DNA of 64,000 nt, from contig JABHKC010000068.1 of NCBI GenBank assembly GCA_018692315.1, positions 13,216-77,215 of the forward strand, read 5' to 3'. Below are positions 30,701 to 38,283 of the stretch, piece after piece (positions within the stretch are counted from its first letter, which is position 1; every line of letters starts with the position of its first letter). The position numbers and the translations under genes are program-made. Source of the DNA: Bacteroidota bacterium. Its GTDB lineage: Bacteria; Bacteroidota; Bacteroidia; Bacteroidales; JABHKC01. The notes under the pieces are model-generated. The model saw only the letters and a list, made by a program, of their open reading frames with translations. It was not told where the DNA came from and did no database searches.

Positions 30701-30804
30701 CAATGGCTGTTGTAATTATTGGAGGATTGCTTTCTTCGGTTCTTCTAAATTTGTATATTATCCCAATAGTTTATTATTTAATTGAAAAAAAGGAGAATAG
30801 TTAA
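27712..30804 (+). CDS. CusA/CzcA-family heavy-metal efflux RND transporter permease
   Basis: 1030 aa. N-terminus MVKTIINSSLKNRLLVIFISVIL. TM4 motif GGMAIAIGVLIDDAIVDVENV. 12-TM RND architecture. Confidence 0.93.
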   Translation: MVKTIINSSLKNRLLVIFISVILIVGGIYISTDMEIDVLPDLTAPTVAILVDAHEFAPEEVEKIIALPIETYLNGATNVRRVRSTSSKGMCIVWVEFDWGTDIYRARQIVNEQLSGIVNQLPEGIPFPVIAPQTSIMGEIMLISLTSNTLDMTTLRSISDLQVKLRLMAVRGVSQIITIGGKLKQYEIIADQAKMQYYGVSLAELQEACRGLNQNVSGGFFNEYGQEYLINTIIRTTDTSEIGNSVVKMINKQPVKINDIARITISSAQKVGEGFLNRNPAIIMTVLKQPNTNTLALTEDIENAIIELQKTLPEGVNINSDIFSQADFISTSINNVLQVLMEGAIFATIILFFFLLNWRTTVISMLSIPISLIVAILTLKILGLTLNTMSLGGMAIAIGVLIDDAIVDVENVLKRLKQNYKLPKTNQRNILAVIFDASMEIRSSIIHATFIIIVAFVPLFFLSGMEGRLLRPLGITFIVSLFASLAVSLTLTPVLSSFLLISHSQLKRPILGGNKLIEKLNNLYVNSLRKMFRYRIILFSITSVLLGFSIFILLNFGRSFLPEFDEGTITITSVTMPGVSLDESNKINNLIDEELLALDEVNYVSRRTGRAELNEHSHGGTNASEIDVSYTLKNRLQEDFMQDIRKRVQNIQGISISIGQPIGHRIDHMLSGTRANIAIKVFGPDLSQLYAIANKINNNISDIEGLVDLNVEQLVEIPQIKIIPNRNMLAKYGITISQFTDFVDIAFGGHVVSQVFEQNQSFDLVLRFDEKNRNSKANIENSLIDTYDGQKIPLHAVAEVVSGSGPNAINHENVQRKIVVSANVQKRDVRSVVNDIKSIVENKIVLPQNFRIEYGGQFESAQKASRLLFYTSLLAILVIFLMLFSEFRSFKLAGIILLNLPLALIGGIFAILFSSNILSIPAIIGFITLFGIATRNGILLVSRYESLRKSGKSIFYCIINGSSERLNPILMTALTAAFALIPLAMRGHIAGNEIQSPMAVVIIGGLLSSVLLNLYIIPIVYYLIEKKENS

Positions 30805-31015
30805 ATAATTGAAAATTGAACCATTGTACCATTGAATAATTGAAAATTGAACCATTGTACCATTGAATAATTGAACCATTGTACCATTGAATAATTGAAC
30901 CATTGAATAATTGAAAATTGAACCATTGAATAATTGAAAATTGAACCATTGTACCATTGAATAATTGAAAATTGAACCATTGAATAATTGAATAATTGAA
31001 CCATTGAATAATTGA
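30805..31015. repeat. mosaic 7-8-nt tandem array, 27 units of four types (ATAATTGA x10, AAATTGA x5, ACCATTGT x4, ACCATTGA x8)
   Basis: I parsed it unit by unit from the base after the czcA-like stop (30804). It ends 24 nt before the TolC-like ATG (31040). Confidence 0.9.
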
Positions 31016-31039
31016 AAATATAATATAAAATAATAATCA

Positions 31040-32236
31040 ATGAAAATCAAGATAATAGGCATTATTGCATTAATATTTTTCCAAACGATACAAGTTTTTT
31101 CGCAGACAACAATCGAAAATATTTTGCAATCTGTGAAATCGAATAATAAACAATTGGAGGTTTCCAGACAAAATTTAGAAACCATAAAATTGTCCTTAAA
31201 AACAGGAATTTACCCAAATAATCCGGAAATTGAATATGCTCACAAGTTTGGCGATATTGCCTCTGGCAATTTGCGAGAACTCAATGTAAGCCAGAGTTTT
31301 GATTTTCCTACAGTATATTTTATGCAAAAAAAACTTTCGAATTTATCAGTGAAAAAAGCAGAAAAGCACTACAAATCTGATGAGTTGGAAATTTTGTTCG
31401 AAACAAAAAACCTTTGTTTAGAACTTATATATTTAAACAAGAAAAAAAATATTCTGAAAACCCGATTAGAAAATGCCAGGAAAATTCTTTCGATGTTAGA
31501 AAGAAAACATAACCTTGGCTCTGCCAACATTTTGGAGGAGAACAAAGCAAAAATACAGATGCTGAATATGCAGACCGAATATGAATTAACGAAAGTCTTA
31601 TTGCAAAAATCCCTCAAACAACTCATGGTTTTAGATGGAAATAATACAACTGTTTTCAACGATAGCATTTTCGAAACAATTCCTAACGAAATCAATCCCG
31701 ATAGTCTGAAAAATCAGTGCTTGATTCTCGACCCTAAAATACAAATGCAAAATATAAACAAACAAATTGCAGTGCTCGAAAAACAATTGCAGAAAGCGAA
31801 GAGCCTGCCAACATTTGAAATTGGTTATACTTCTGAATTTTCTAAATATGAAAAGTTCCAAGGCTTATTATTTGGATTGTCGGTCCCGATTTGGGAAGAC
31901 AAAAATACTATAAAACATGCCAGTAGCAATATTGTAAGTACAAATGCCGATTATGAAAATACTATTTTCCAAAAAACTCAGGAGATTGAACAAATTTTCG
32001 CCGATTTTTTAAAATATCGTGAACTTTACGATTTATCGGTTTCCATTATTTCTGAAATTGAAAGCGAACGATTGCTGCAAATAGCTTTGGAAGAAGGAGA
32101 AATTTCGGCTTTGAAATATTTCTCGGAGATTATGTTTTTTTATCATACATTTGACAATATGTTGATAATTGAAAAAGAATTAAATATGGCTTATTCGAAA
32201 CTTGTAAAATATATCTTAATAAAATCAAATCAATGA
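31040..32236 (+). CDS. TolC-family outer membrane efflux protein
   Basis: 398 aa. Signal peptide ...QTIQVFSQ. Two OEP-type coiled-coil/barrel repeats. Sits directly downstream of the RND pump. Confidence 0.8.
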   Translation: MKIKIIGIIALIFFQTIQVFSQTTIENILQSVKSNNKQLEVSRQNLETIKLSLKTGIYPNNPEIEYAHKFGDIASGNLRELNVSQSFDFPTVYFMQKKLSNLSVKKAEKHYKSDELEILFETKNLCLELIYLNKKKNILKTRLENARKILSMLERKHNLGSANILEENKAKIQMLNMQTEYELTKVLLQKSLKQLMVLDGNNTTVFNDSIFETIPNEINPDSLKNQCLILDPKIQMQNINKQIAVLEKQLQKAKSLPTFEIGYTSEFSKYEKFQGLLFGLSVPIWEDKNTIKHASSNIVSTNADYENTIFQKTQEIEQIFADFLKYRELYDLSVSIISEIESERLLQIALEEGEISALKYFSEIMFFYHTFDNMLIIEKELNMAYSKLVKYILIKSNQ

Positions 32237-32284
32237 AGATATAATTATCATTTTAAGAATATTGAATATATTAATGAATCAGGC

Positions 32285-32839
32285 ATGAATAATAAATTTT
32301 TGGAGGAACTTGTTTCCAAACATTCTGAGGAGCTGTTAAAATGGGCATTTCATAAGACTTCGTCAATCTCAATGGCTGAAGATTTGGTTCAGGATTCATT
32401 TTTGGCAGCAGCAGAAAAAATAAGTTCCTTCAAAAAAGAAAGTTCTGCAAAAACCTGGATATTCTCAATTTTAAACCATAAAATTATTGACTTCTATAGA
32501 AAAAGAGCAAGTCAGCATATCAGTTTAGAGAATGATTATTTATCAACATTTTTCGATGAGGACGGTAGTTGGTTGCAAGAAAAACTGCCAAAGCAATGGC
32601 AAGATGAAGAATCTCATTTGTTGGATAATAAAGATTTTCAAGCTATTTTGGAAAAATGCATGGATGCACTACCTCCAAAATGGAATACTTGTGTTAAATT
32701 AAAATACTTATCTGAAAAAAAAGGTCAGGAAATTTGTCAGGAAATTGGAATTAGTCCGACTAATTTTTGGCAAGTTGTACATAGAGCAAAATTGCAATTA
32801 AGAGATTGTATTGAAAAAAAATGGAATCAGGATAATTAA
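32285..32839 (+). CDS. ECF-type RNA polymerase sigma-70 factor
   Basis: 184 aa. Region 2 AEDLVQDSFLAA...KTWIFSILNHKIIDFYRKR. Region 4 HTH EICQEIGISPTNFWQVVHRAKLQLRDC. Confidence 0.9.
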   Translation: MNNKFLEELVSKHSEELLKWAFHKTSSISMAEDLVQDSFLAAAEKISSFKKESSAKTWIFSILNHKIIDFYRKRASQHISLENDYLSTFFDEDGSWLQEKLPKQWQDEESHLLDNKDFQAILEKCMDALPPKWNTCVKLKYLSEKKGQEICQEIGISPTNFWQVVHRAKLQLRDCIEKKWNQDN

Positions 32840-32842
32840 GAT

Positions 32843-33109
32843 ATGAAAAAAATAATGCACATAATGCTTCTTTCCTGTTTAAAGGCAACCGAATTGATTG
32901 AAAAAAAATATCACTTTCATCTTTCAATCATTGAGAAGCTTCAATTAAAAACACATAAAATTATTTGTAAGCCTTGCAACGAATACGATAAACAAAGCAA
33001 AATAATTGAAAATAGTATTACTAGGAATCAGAAAAACAAAAGTATGAATTTTGATATTGAGCAATTGAAAAAACAAATTATTACTAAGTTGGAAACACTG
33101 GATGTATAA
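32843..33109 (+). CDS. small soluble zinc-binding anti-sigma factor (ZAS, RsrA-like)
   Basis: Begins 4 nt after the sigma gene. 88 aa with no TM segment. H38-x3-C42-x2-C45 (THKIICKPC) plus Cys12. Confidence 0.7.
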   Translation: MKKIMHIMLLSCLKATELIEKKYHFHLSIIEKLQLKTHKIICKPCNEYDKQSKIIENSITRNQKNKSMNFDIEQLKKQIITKLETLDV

Positions 33110-33164
33110 TTTGAAGTAATTGGATTTGTTTACGTAAAACACATATAGATAATTTTTTCTTTTT

Positions 33165-33312
33165 CTTGATAAAAAGACACATTCCGATAGCTATCGGAAC
33201 AAGGCTACAGATAATTTTGGGATAATACTAATTTCTCAATCCTTCCCACAAGTAAAGTTACCGCAAACCTTATAATGAAAATTTTCACTTTCAGAAAACG
33301 ACAATTTCATTG
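33165..33312 (+). repeat. conserved intergenic element E1, copy 2 (between the anti-sigma gene and rhodanese-thioredoxin)
   Basis: Same core as copy 1. Its CTTG...CAAG stem encloses an extra perfect palindrome TTCCGATAGCTATCGGAA. Confidence 0.8.
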
Positions 33313-33424
33313 TTTACCGGCAATTTACGATTGGTGTTCCCACCAAAATAATTTTGATAAAAATTATATGCGTTGGCCTTTAAACAAATACATAGAGGTT
33401 ACATAGATCTACATTAATTATTTT

Positions 33425-33448
33425 GTCAGGTTTTATGTTTCTGACGAC
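33425..33448 (+). promoter_or_regulatory. candidate ECF-type promoter GTCAGG-N14-CGAC upstream of rhodanese-thioredoxin
   Basis: TTTGTCAGG-N14-CGACT lies 31 nt before the GTG start at 33480. The same motif with the same spacing occurs at 34269-34292. Confidence 0.45.
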
Positions 33449-33479
33449 TAATTGTAAATAATTTTAAAAATAAATAGTC

Positions 33480-34222
33480 GTGAGAAGAATTTTTTTAGTA
33501 GGAATATTATTTCAGGTATTTCTATCATCATGCGGACAAAGTCCCAAAAATATAAATCAGCTGAGTTCAGAAAAGTTCCATGAATTAATTAGTAGCGATA
33601 ATTCAATATTGCTCGATGTTAGAACAAAACATGAATTTGAAAACGAGCATCTGAAAAATGCCGAGCAATTGAATTATTATGCAGTGGATTTTAGGCAAAA
33701 GATGTTATTACTTCCAAAAAATCAATCCATTTATTTATATTGCAACACTGGATATAGAAGCGAAAAAGCTGCAGAAATACTAATTAAAATTACTATACAA
33801 AAGTTTATAATCTGGAGCATGGAATTATGGAATGGAATTTACATAATTTTCCGGTAGTTAGAGAGTCAAAAGCAAAGATCAATGAAAAGAATAAATTTGA
33901 ACCAGAGCAATTTCAAAATCTGTTAAATTCTGATTCTCTGATATTTATAGACTTTTATGCGCCATGGTGTGCCCCTTGTCGCAAAATGATGCCTATGATT
34001 GATAGCCTTCAGATTGAGTATCACAATCGTATTAAAATTGTAAAGATAAATTCTGATGCAAGCAAAAAACTAATTAAGAAATTACAAATTGTTAGTGTTC
34101 CATACATGATATTATATCACAAAAAAAATATAATATTCTCAAAAAATGGGACTATAGAAAAAAAAGATTTACAAGCTATTTTTGATTCTCAATTAAGAAA
34201 ATTAGGTAGTACAGCTCAGTAA
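33480..34222 (+). pseudogene. rhodanese-thioredoxin fusion gene interrupted by a frameshift in an A4 run (or a homopolymer assembly error)
   Basis: GTG start with lipoprotein signal MRRIFLVGILFQVFLSSC. Rhodanese active-site loop YCNTGYRSEKAAEIL in frame 0. The rhodanese C-terminus NYYTKVYNLEHGIMEWN continues in the frame of ORF 33827-34222, which then encodes thioredoxin (WCAPC). The frames switch at AAAA 33786-33789. Confidence 0.75.
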
Positions 34223-34268
34223 AAGAACATACTTTTTTGTAATCTTCAAAAATAAATCAAAATTTTTT

Positions 34269-34292
34269 GTCAGGAATAAAAATTTCTCCGAC
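34269..34292 (+). promoter_or_regulatory. candidate ECF-type promoter GTCAGG-N14-CGAC upstream of the OB-fold/YceI genes
   Basis: TTTGTCAGG-N14-CGACT lies 15 nt before ATG 34308. Confidence 0.45.
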
Positions 34293-34307
34293 TGATAGTT
34301 TGAAAAT

Positions 34308-34820
34308 ATGAAGTTAGTAATTAAAAATGAAATTATGGTTTTAGGTAAAAAGTTTAGGATTTTTGCAATTGTTGTAGTGGCAGCATTGATTGTTGGAGGA
34401 GGAATTGTTTTATATATGTTAAATATGCCTCACAGAAATGTGCAAAATTCCGATACTGATTTTTCTTTATCCTCAACACAATTGGTTTCTGAATATCTTT
34501 CAGATACAAAAACTGCAAATAATAAATATTTGGCAGAAGACGGAAATTCTAAAATTTTGGAAGTTTCCGGAACAGTTGCCGAAATTGCCGAAAATTTCAA
34601 TGGTCAAAAAGTTTTATTATTAAAAGAAAGTTCTGATAAAGCAGGTACAAATTGCATATTTTTGAAAGAATCAATGACAAATGTAAGCAAAGTGAAAATT
34701 GGGGAAACAGTAACTGTCAAGGGAGTAATTCGTTCTGGTGCCGCCTATGATGTGGATCTTGAGCTTTATGAGAATGTTATTATAGATAAATGTGATATAA
34801 TAATACCCACTCGAAAATAG
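34308..34820 (+). CDS. membrane-anchored OB-fold protein (tRNA_anti-like family)
   Basis: N-terminal TM FRIFAIVVVAALIVGGGIVLYML. Then ...ANNKYLAEDGNSKILEVSGTVAEI...VTVKGVIRSG, a pattern I associate with the tRNA_anti-like OB-fold family. Confidence 0.5.
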   Translation: MKLVIKNEIMVLGKKFRIFAIVVVAALIVGGGIVLYMLNMPHRNVQNSDTDFSLSSTQLVSEYLSDTKTANNKYLAEDGNSKILEVSGTVAEIAENFNGQKVLLLKESSDKAGTNCIFLKESMTNVSKVKIGETVTVKGVIRSGAAYDVDLELYENVIIDKCDIIIPTRK

Positions 34821-34938
34821 ATGGTTTTCTTAGAAGCACTAATTAAAAGAAAGTTGATAAAAATCTAAATTCAAATTTAAAAATTCTATTAAATATCTTA
34901 AAGATTAAGTAATTATAAACAAATAAATTATATTGAAA

Positions 34939-35505
34939 ATGAAAAAGTTAAGTATTTTATCGAGCCTGTTTGCAATAGCAGTTGTATTTTTTGCCTTTAC
35001 TTTACCCGAAAGTAAACTTGTTAGTTCCAAAACACATATTAAATTATTCTCGCATACGGCAGTTGAAGATATTGAAGCGAATAATAATGCTTCTGTAAGT
35101 ACTTTTAATTTGGAAACCGGCGATATTGTTTTCTCGGTTCCAATGCAAAGTTTTGAATTTGAAAAATCGCTAATGCAAAAGCATTTCAACAGCAAGAAGT
35201 TTTTAGAAACAAAAGAATTTCCAAAAGCGAAATTTAAAGCTAAAATAACAAATCTTTCTGAAATAAATTTCTCACAAGATGGAACTTATCCTGCTACAGT
35301 AAAAGGCGATATGACAATAAAAGGTGTAACAAAATCTATTTCTGAAAATGGAAAAATAACAATCAGCGGTAACAAAATTGAAATATATAGTAAGTTTAAT
35401 CTTACGCTTGCCGATTACGAAATCACTTTCGTGAAGGGAAAACCGTCTTCAAACATTGCTAAAACTGTTGAAGTAACTTTACATGCAGAATATCAGGCAA
35501 AATAG
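34939..35505 (+). CDS. YceI-family periplasmic protein
   Basis: Signal peptide MKKLSILSSLFAIAVVFFA. ETKEFPKAKFKAKITNL and GDMTIKGVTKSI are YceI-like signatures. ATG 34939 preferred over TTG 34933. Confidence 0.78.
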   Translation: MKKLSILSSLFAIAVVFFAFTLPESKLVSSKTHIKLFSHTAVEDIEANNNASVSTFNLETGDIVFSVPMQSFEFEKSLMQKHFNSKKFLETKEFPKAKFKAKITNLSEINFSQDGTYPATVKGDMTIKGVTKSISENGKITISGNKIEIYSKFNLTLADYEITFVKGKPSSNIAKTVEVTLHAEYQAK

Positions 35506-35588
35506 TAACATAGCAAAATTAGCTAATTAGCGGTTGAAAACTTATAATGAAACGATTTCTAATGGTCAGATAATGATTTAATGTAAAC

Positions 35589-36941
35589 ATGGCAAATAAT
35601 AGGAATAGCAAGTTTTTCGATTATAAGCAGATGATAATAAAAATTACAAATCAAGCCCTTTCAATTTTTAGAATGAGTTTAGGAATCTTGTTTACTTTAT
35701 TAATCTCCTCAGCTTTTGCACAGAAAGATTCAATAAATGAACAAAAGCCTATAGGAATTATTCCTGCATTTGCCTTCGATACAGATTTGGGAATAAAATA
35801 CGGAGCTGTATTAAATTATTTTGATTTCAGGACGAAAGGAAAACAAACAGATTATAGTCAATATTTGTATTTAAAGCTTACTAATACAACAAAAAATACA
35901 ACAAATATTCATGCATTATTCGAAAGTGAAGAAATATTGAAAAATGCAAATACTATAATCGAAATTGGTTATTTTGGAGATAAAAAACTAAATTTTTATG
36001 GATTCAATGGAGCTAAAGCATACTACAATGAGGCATTTATTGATCCGGAAAATGAAAACTTCATCAACAAATATTTTTATTCACATGATAGAAAATTGCT
36101 CAGCTTAAGGTTTGATATTCAGAGATATATGAAAAACTCCCCTTTAAGAATTCTTAGCGGACTTTCATACAAGTATTTTCATATTTTTCCGGAAGTAGAA
36201 AATGGTGCAAGTTATAATCTTCAAAACAATATTTTGGCAAATTACATTAATTGGAAAATCATTGAAGATGAGGAAATTGATGGTGGAAATGTTCTTAATT
36301 TAAGGGCAGGAATTATCTACGATACCCGCAATCACAAATGTAATTGTTCAGATGGAATTTGGATGGAAGCAATCTTGCTTTATTCGCCGCCGCTGTTTGG
36401 TTCTAATGAATATTTAAAATCTTCTGTTACTTTTCGTTTTTATAAAGATGTTGTAAAGAATTATCTAACATTTAAATTCAGATTTAGTTCTCAAAATACC
36501 ATTTTCGGTAAACTGCCTTTTTATCAGCTTCCATTTTACACAGACAGCAGAATGAGCCATGACGGATTAGGTGGAGCTTTCAATCTTCGGGGAATATTTA
36601 GGAATCGAGTTGTTGCAAATGGATTTATTTTAAGTAATTCTGAGATAATATTTGATGCCTATGAATTTACATTTATAAAACAAAACTGTAATGCTTATTT
36701 TTCGATATTTTCTGATTTTGCATATATTACTCAAAATTATGAAATAAACACTTCTTCGGTTCCATTGCAGCAATTAAATTCATTTTTTACAGAAACAAAT
36801 CATAAACCGATTGCAAGTTATGGGCTTGGCTTTTATTTTATTTATAATGATAATAATGTTATAAGTGTGAACTGGGCAATTTCTAAGGACAAACAATTTG
36901 GCCAGAAAGGATTATATGTTGGTTCAGCTATGCTTTTTTAA
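35589..36941 (+). CDS. outer-membrane beta-barrel protein (Omp85/surface-antigen-barrel-like, no POTRA seen)
   Basis: Probable real start at an internal Met (35631 or 35673, MSLGILFTLLISSAFAQ). Alternating beta-strand pattern. C-terminal ...GLYVGSAMLF with terminal Phe. Confidence 0.55.
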   Translation: MANNRNSKFFDYKQMIIKITNQALSIFRMSLGILFTLLISSAFAQKDSINEQKPIGIIPAFAFDTDLGIKYGAVLNYFDFRTKGKQTDYSQYLYLKLTNTTKNTTNIHALFESEEILKNANTIIEIGYFGDKKLNFYGFNGAKAYYNEAFIDPENENFINKYFYSHDRKLLSLRFDIQRYMKNSPLRILSGLSYKYFHIFPEVENGASYNLQNNILANYINWKIIEDEEIDGGNVLNLRAGIIYDTRNHKCNCSDGIWMEAILLYSPPLFGSNEYLKSSVTFRFYKDVVKNYLTFKFRFSSQNTIFGKLPFYQLPFYTDSRMSHDGLGGAFNLRGIFRNRVVANGFILSNSEIIFDAYEFTFIKQNCNAYFSIFSDFAYITQNYEINTSSVPLQQLNSFFTETNHKPIASYGLGFYFIYNDNNVISVNWAISKDKQFGQKGLYVGSAMLF

Positions 36942-36943
36942 AA

Positions 36944-37501
36944 ATGCACACAAATTTAGCTTTTACGAAATTGATGAAAAAATATAAGAACAGGACTCTT
37001 TTTATTCTGATAATTAGCTTCATTTTGATAAGTTTTACTGCAAAAGAAGAGAATCATGGAATTTCAAAATCTTTATTCAAAATAGAAAGAAGTAAAGATT
37101 CTGACGAAATTGTATATGATATTAATCTTACAACTTTTGGTAAGCTAAATACAGAAAATCCTATAAATATTTATTGGATAAAACACACTAATTCAAATAA
37201 AATTGAGCCTTTAAGCTGGATTCAAAAAAAATTTTCCTATGGTCTAACATTTTTGGATATTGGAGATAATAAAGCAAAATTCCAATTTGTTTCATATGGA
37301 TACAGGAATTTTGAAATAAAGAAAAATACTAATGGAGATTTTAAAGTTTTTACTAATTCACAAAATAAAGAAGTTGCCGTAAAGAGAATTTTCATTCAAA
37401 TAGACGGAGGAACTTTCTGGTTCCCAAATATCACAAAAGTTGAACTACATGCAATAGATATAAAAACCGGAAAAGATTTAATTGAAACAATTGTTCCATA
37501 A
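36944..37501 (+). CDS. hypothetical exported protein (DUF4833-like)
   Basis: Starts 3 nt after the preceding stop. N-terminal anchor. SLFKIERSKDSDEIVYDINL...NPINIYWIK resembles what I recall of DUF4833. Confidence 0.45.
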   Translation: MHTNLAFTKLMKKYKNRTLFILIISFILISFTAKEENHGISKSLFKIERSKDSDEIVYDINLTTFGKLNTENPINIYWIKHTNSNKIEPLSWIQKKFSYGLTFLDIGDNKAKFQFVSYGYRNFEIKKNTNGDFKVFTNSQNKEVAVKRIFIQIDGGTFWFPNITKVELHAIDIKTGKDLIETIVP

Positions 37502-37510
37502 AACAAAATT

Positions 37511-38209
37511 ATGAATAAAGAATTACCAAATTGTATAAAAGAAATTAGTGCTGAATTAAATAATTTACCTTTTATTAATAATGAATTAGTCTCTGAAATA
37601 GTTTCTGAGGCAAATCTTTCCGAAAAAGAACTCAGGGAATATATTTCTTTCGATCACTGCATATCTGAGAGTTATGGAAGAAAGTTAATTGTAGATAATG
37701 GGAATTATAAAATTCTGTTAATGTCGTGGCGTGTAGGAGATTTCACAGCAATTCACAACCATGGATATACTGAATGGGGTTGCGTTTATTTTTTTGGAGA
37801 AGCTGCACATCGATTGTATGAAACAAATGAGAAAGAAATAAAACTTATTCAAAAAGATAATTTTTATGAAGGTCAGATTGCATCAGTTTGTGGAGATTTA
37901 ACTCATATGATGGGAAACTCATTTTCAAAGAAGCTCACTACACTTCATATTTATGGATCGAATACCAGAAAAAATAATGTGTCGGAGAATGCGAAAGTTT
38001 ATATGCCTGAATTCCAGAAGGAAGTTACTACAAAAGGTTCGGCATATCTTAATATGAATAAAAAATTGATGCTTTCAGATAAGCCCTTATTGAACATTTC
38101 ATTAGACGACTTTATTGATTATTTTACTTTAGTCAGGCCATTTTATGAGTTAAGTAAAAAATATAACGTTATTTCGAAAATGGAAGAACAAATTGCTAAA
38201 TTGAATTAA
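37511..38209 (+). CDS. cupin-fold dioxygenase, cysteine dioxygenase type I-like
   Basis: ILLMSWRVGDFTAIHNHGYTEWGCVYFFGE (HxH ligands), DLTHMMGN (third His), TTLHIYG. The order and spacing match the CDO-type cupin layout. Confidence 0.65.
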   Translation: MNKELPNCIKEISAELNNLPFINNELVSEIVSEANLSEKELREYISFDHCISESYGRKLIVDNGNYKILLMSWRVGDFTAIHNHGYTEWGCVYFFGEAAHRLYETNEKEIKLIQKDNFYEGQIASVCGDLTHMMGNSFSKKLTTLHIYGSNTRKNNVSENAKVYMPEFQKEVTTKGSAYLNMNKKLMLSDKPLLNISLDDFIDYFTLVRPFYELSKKYNVISKMEEQIAKLN

Positions 38210-38283
38210 TTATTTCGATGAATGAAAATCAGAGGTTTGAATTGAATTTTTGATTTATATATTCAAACTTTTAATTAAAAATA

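Noticed and set aside
30805-31015. Possible CRISPR array
   Set aside because: The units are only 7-8 nt with no unique spacers between them, and no cas genes lie in the window. This is a micro/minisatellite-type array, not CRISPR. The same applies to 15473-15535.
30758-31185. Three overlapping minus-strand ORFs (63, 135 and 79 aa) translating to IIQWYNGSIFNYSMVQ-type repeats
   Set aside because: They are translations of the 7-8-nt tandem array in different frames. They have no start context and overlap the TolC-like gene start. I treat them as artefacts of the repeat.
32733-32761. Third GTCAGG...CGACT match as a definite internal promoter
   Set aside because: The spacing is N15, not N14, and it lies within the coding sequence for the sigma factor region-4 HTH, where sequence is constrained by the protein. 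I mention it only as a caveat in the promoter finding.
33827-34222. Stand-alone thioredoxin gene starting at ATG 33827
   Set aside because: Its frame is open 13 codons further upstream and there encodes the missing rhodanese C-terminus (NYYTKVYNLEHGI). A frameshifted fusion explains the data better than two overlapping genes, although independent translation of the thioredoxin part cannot be excluded.
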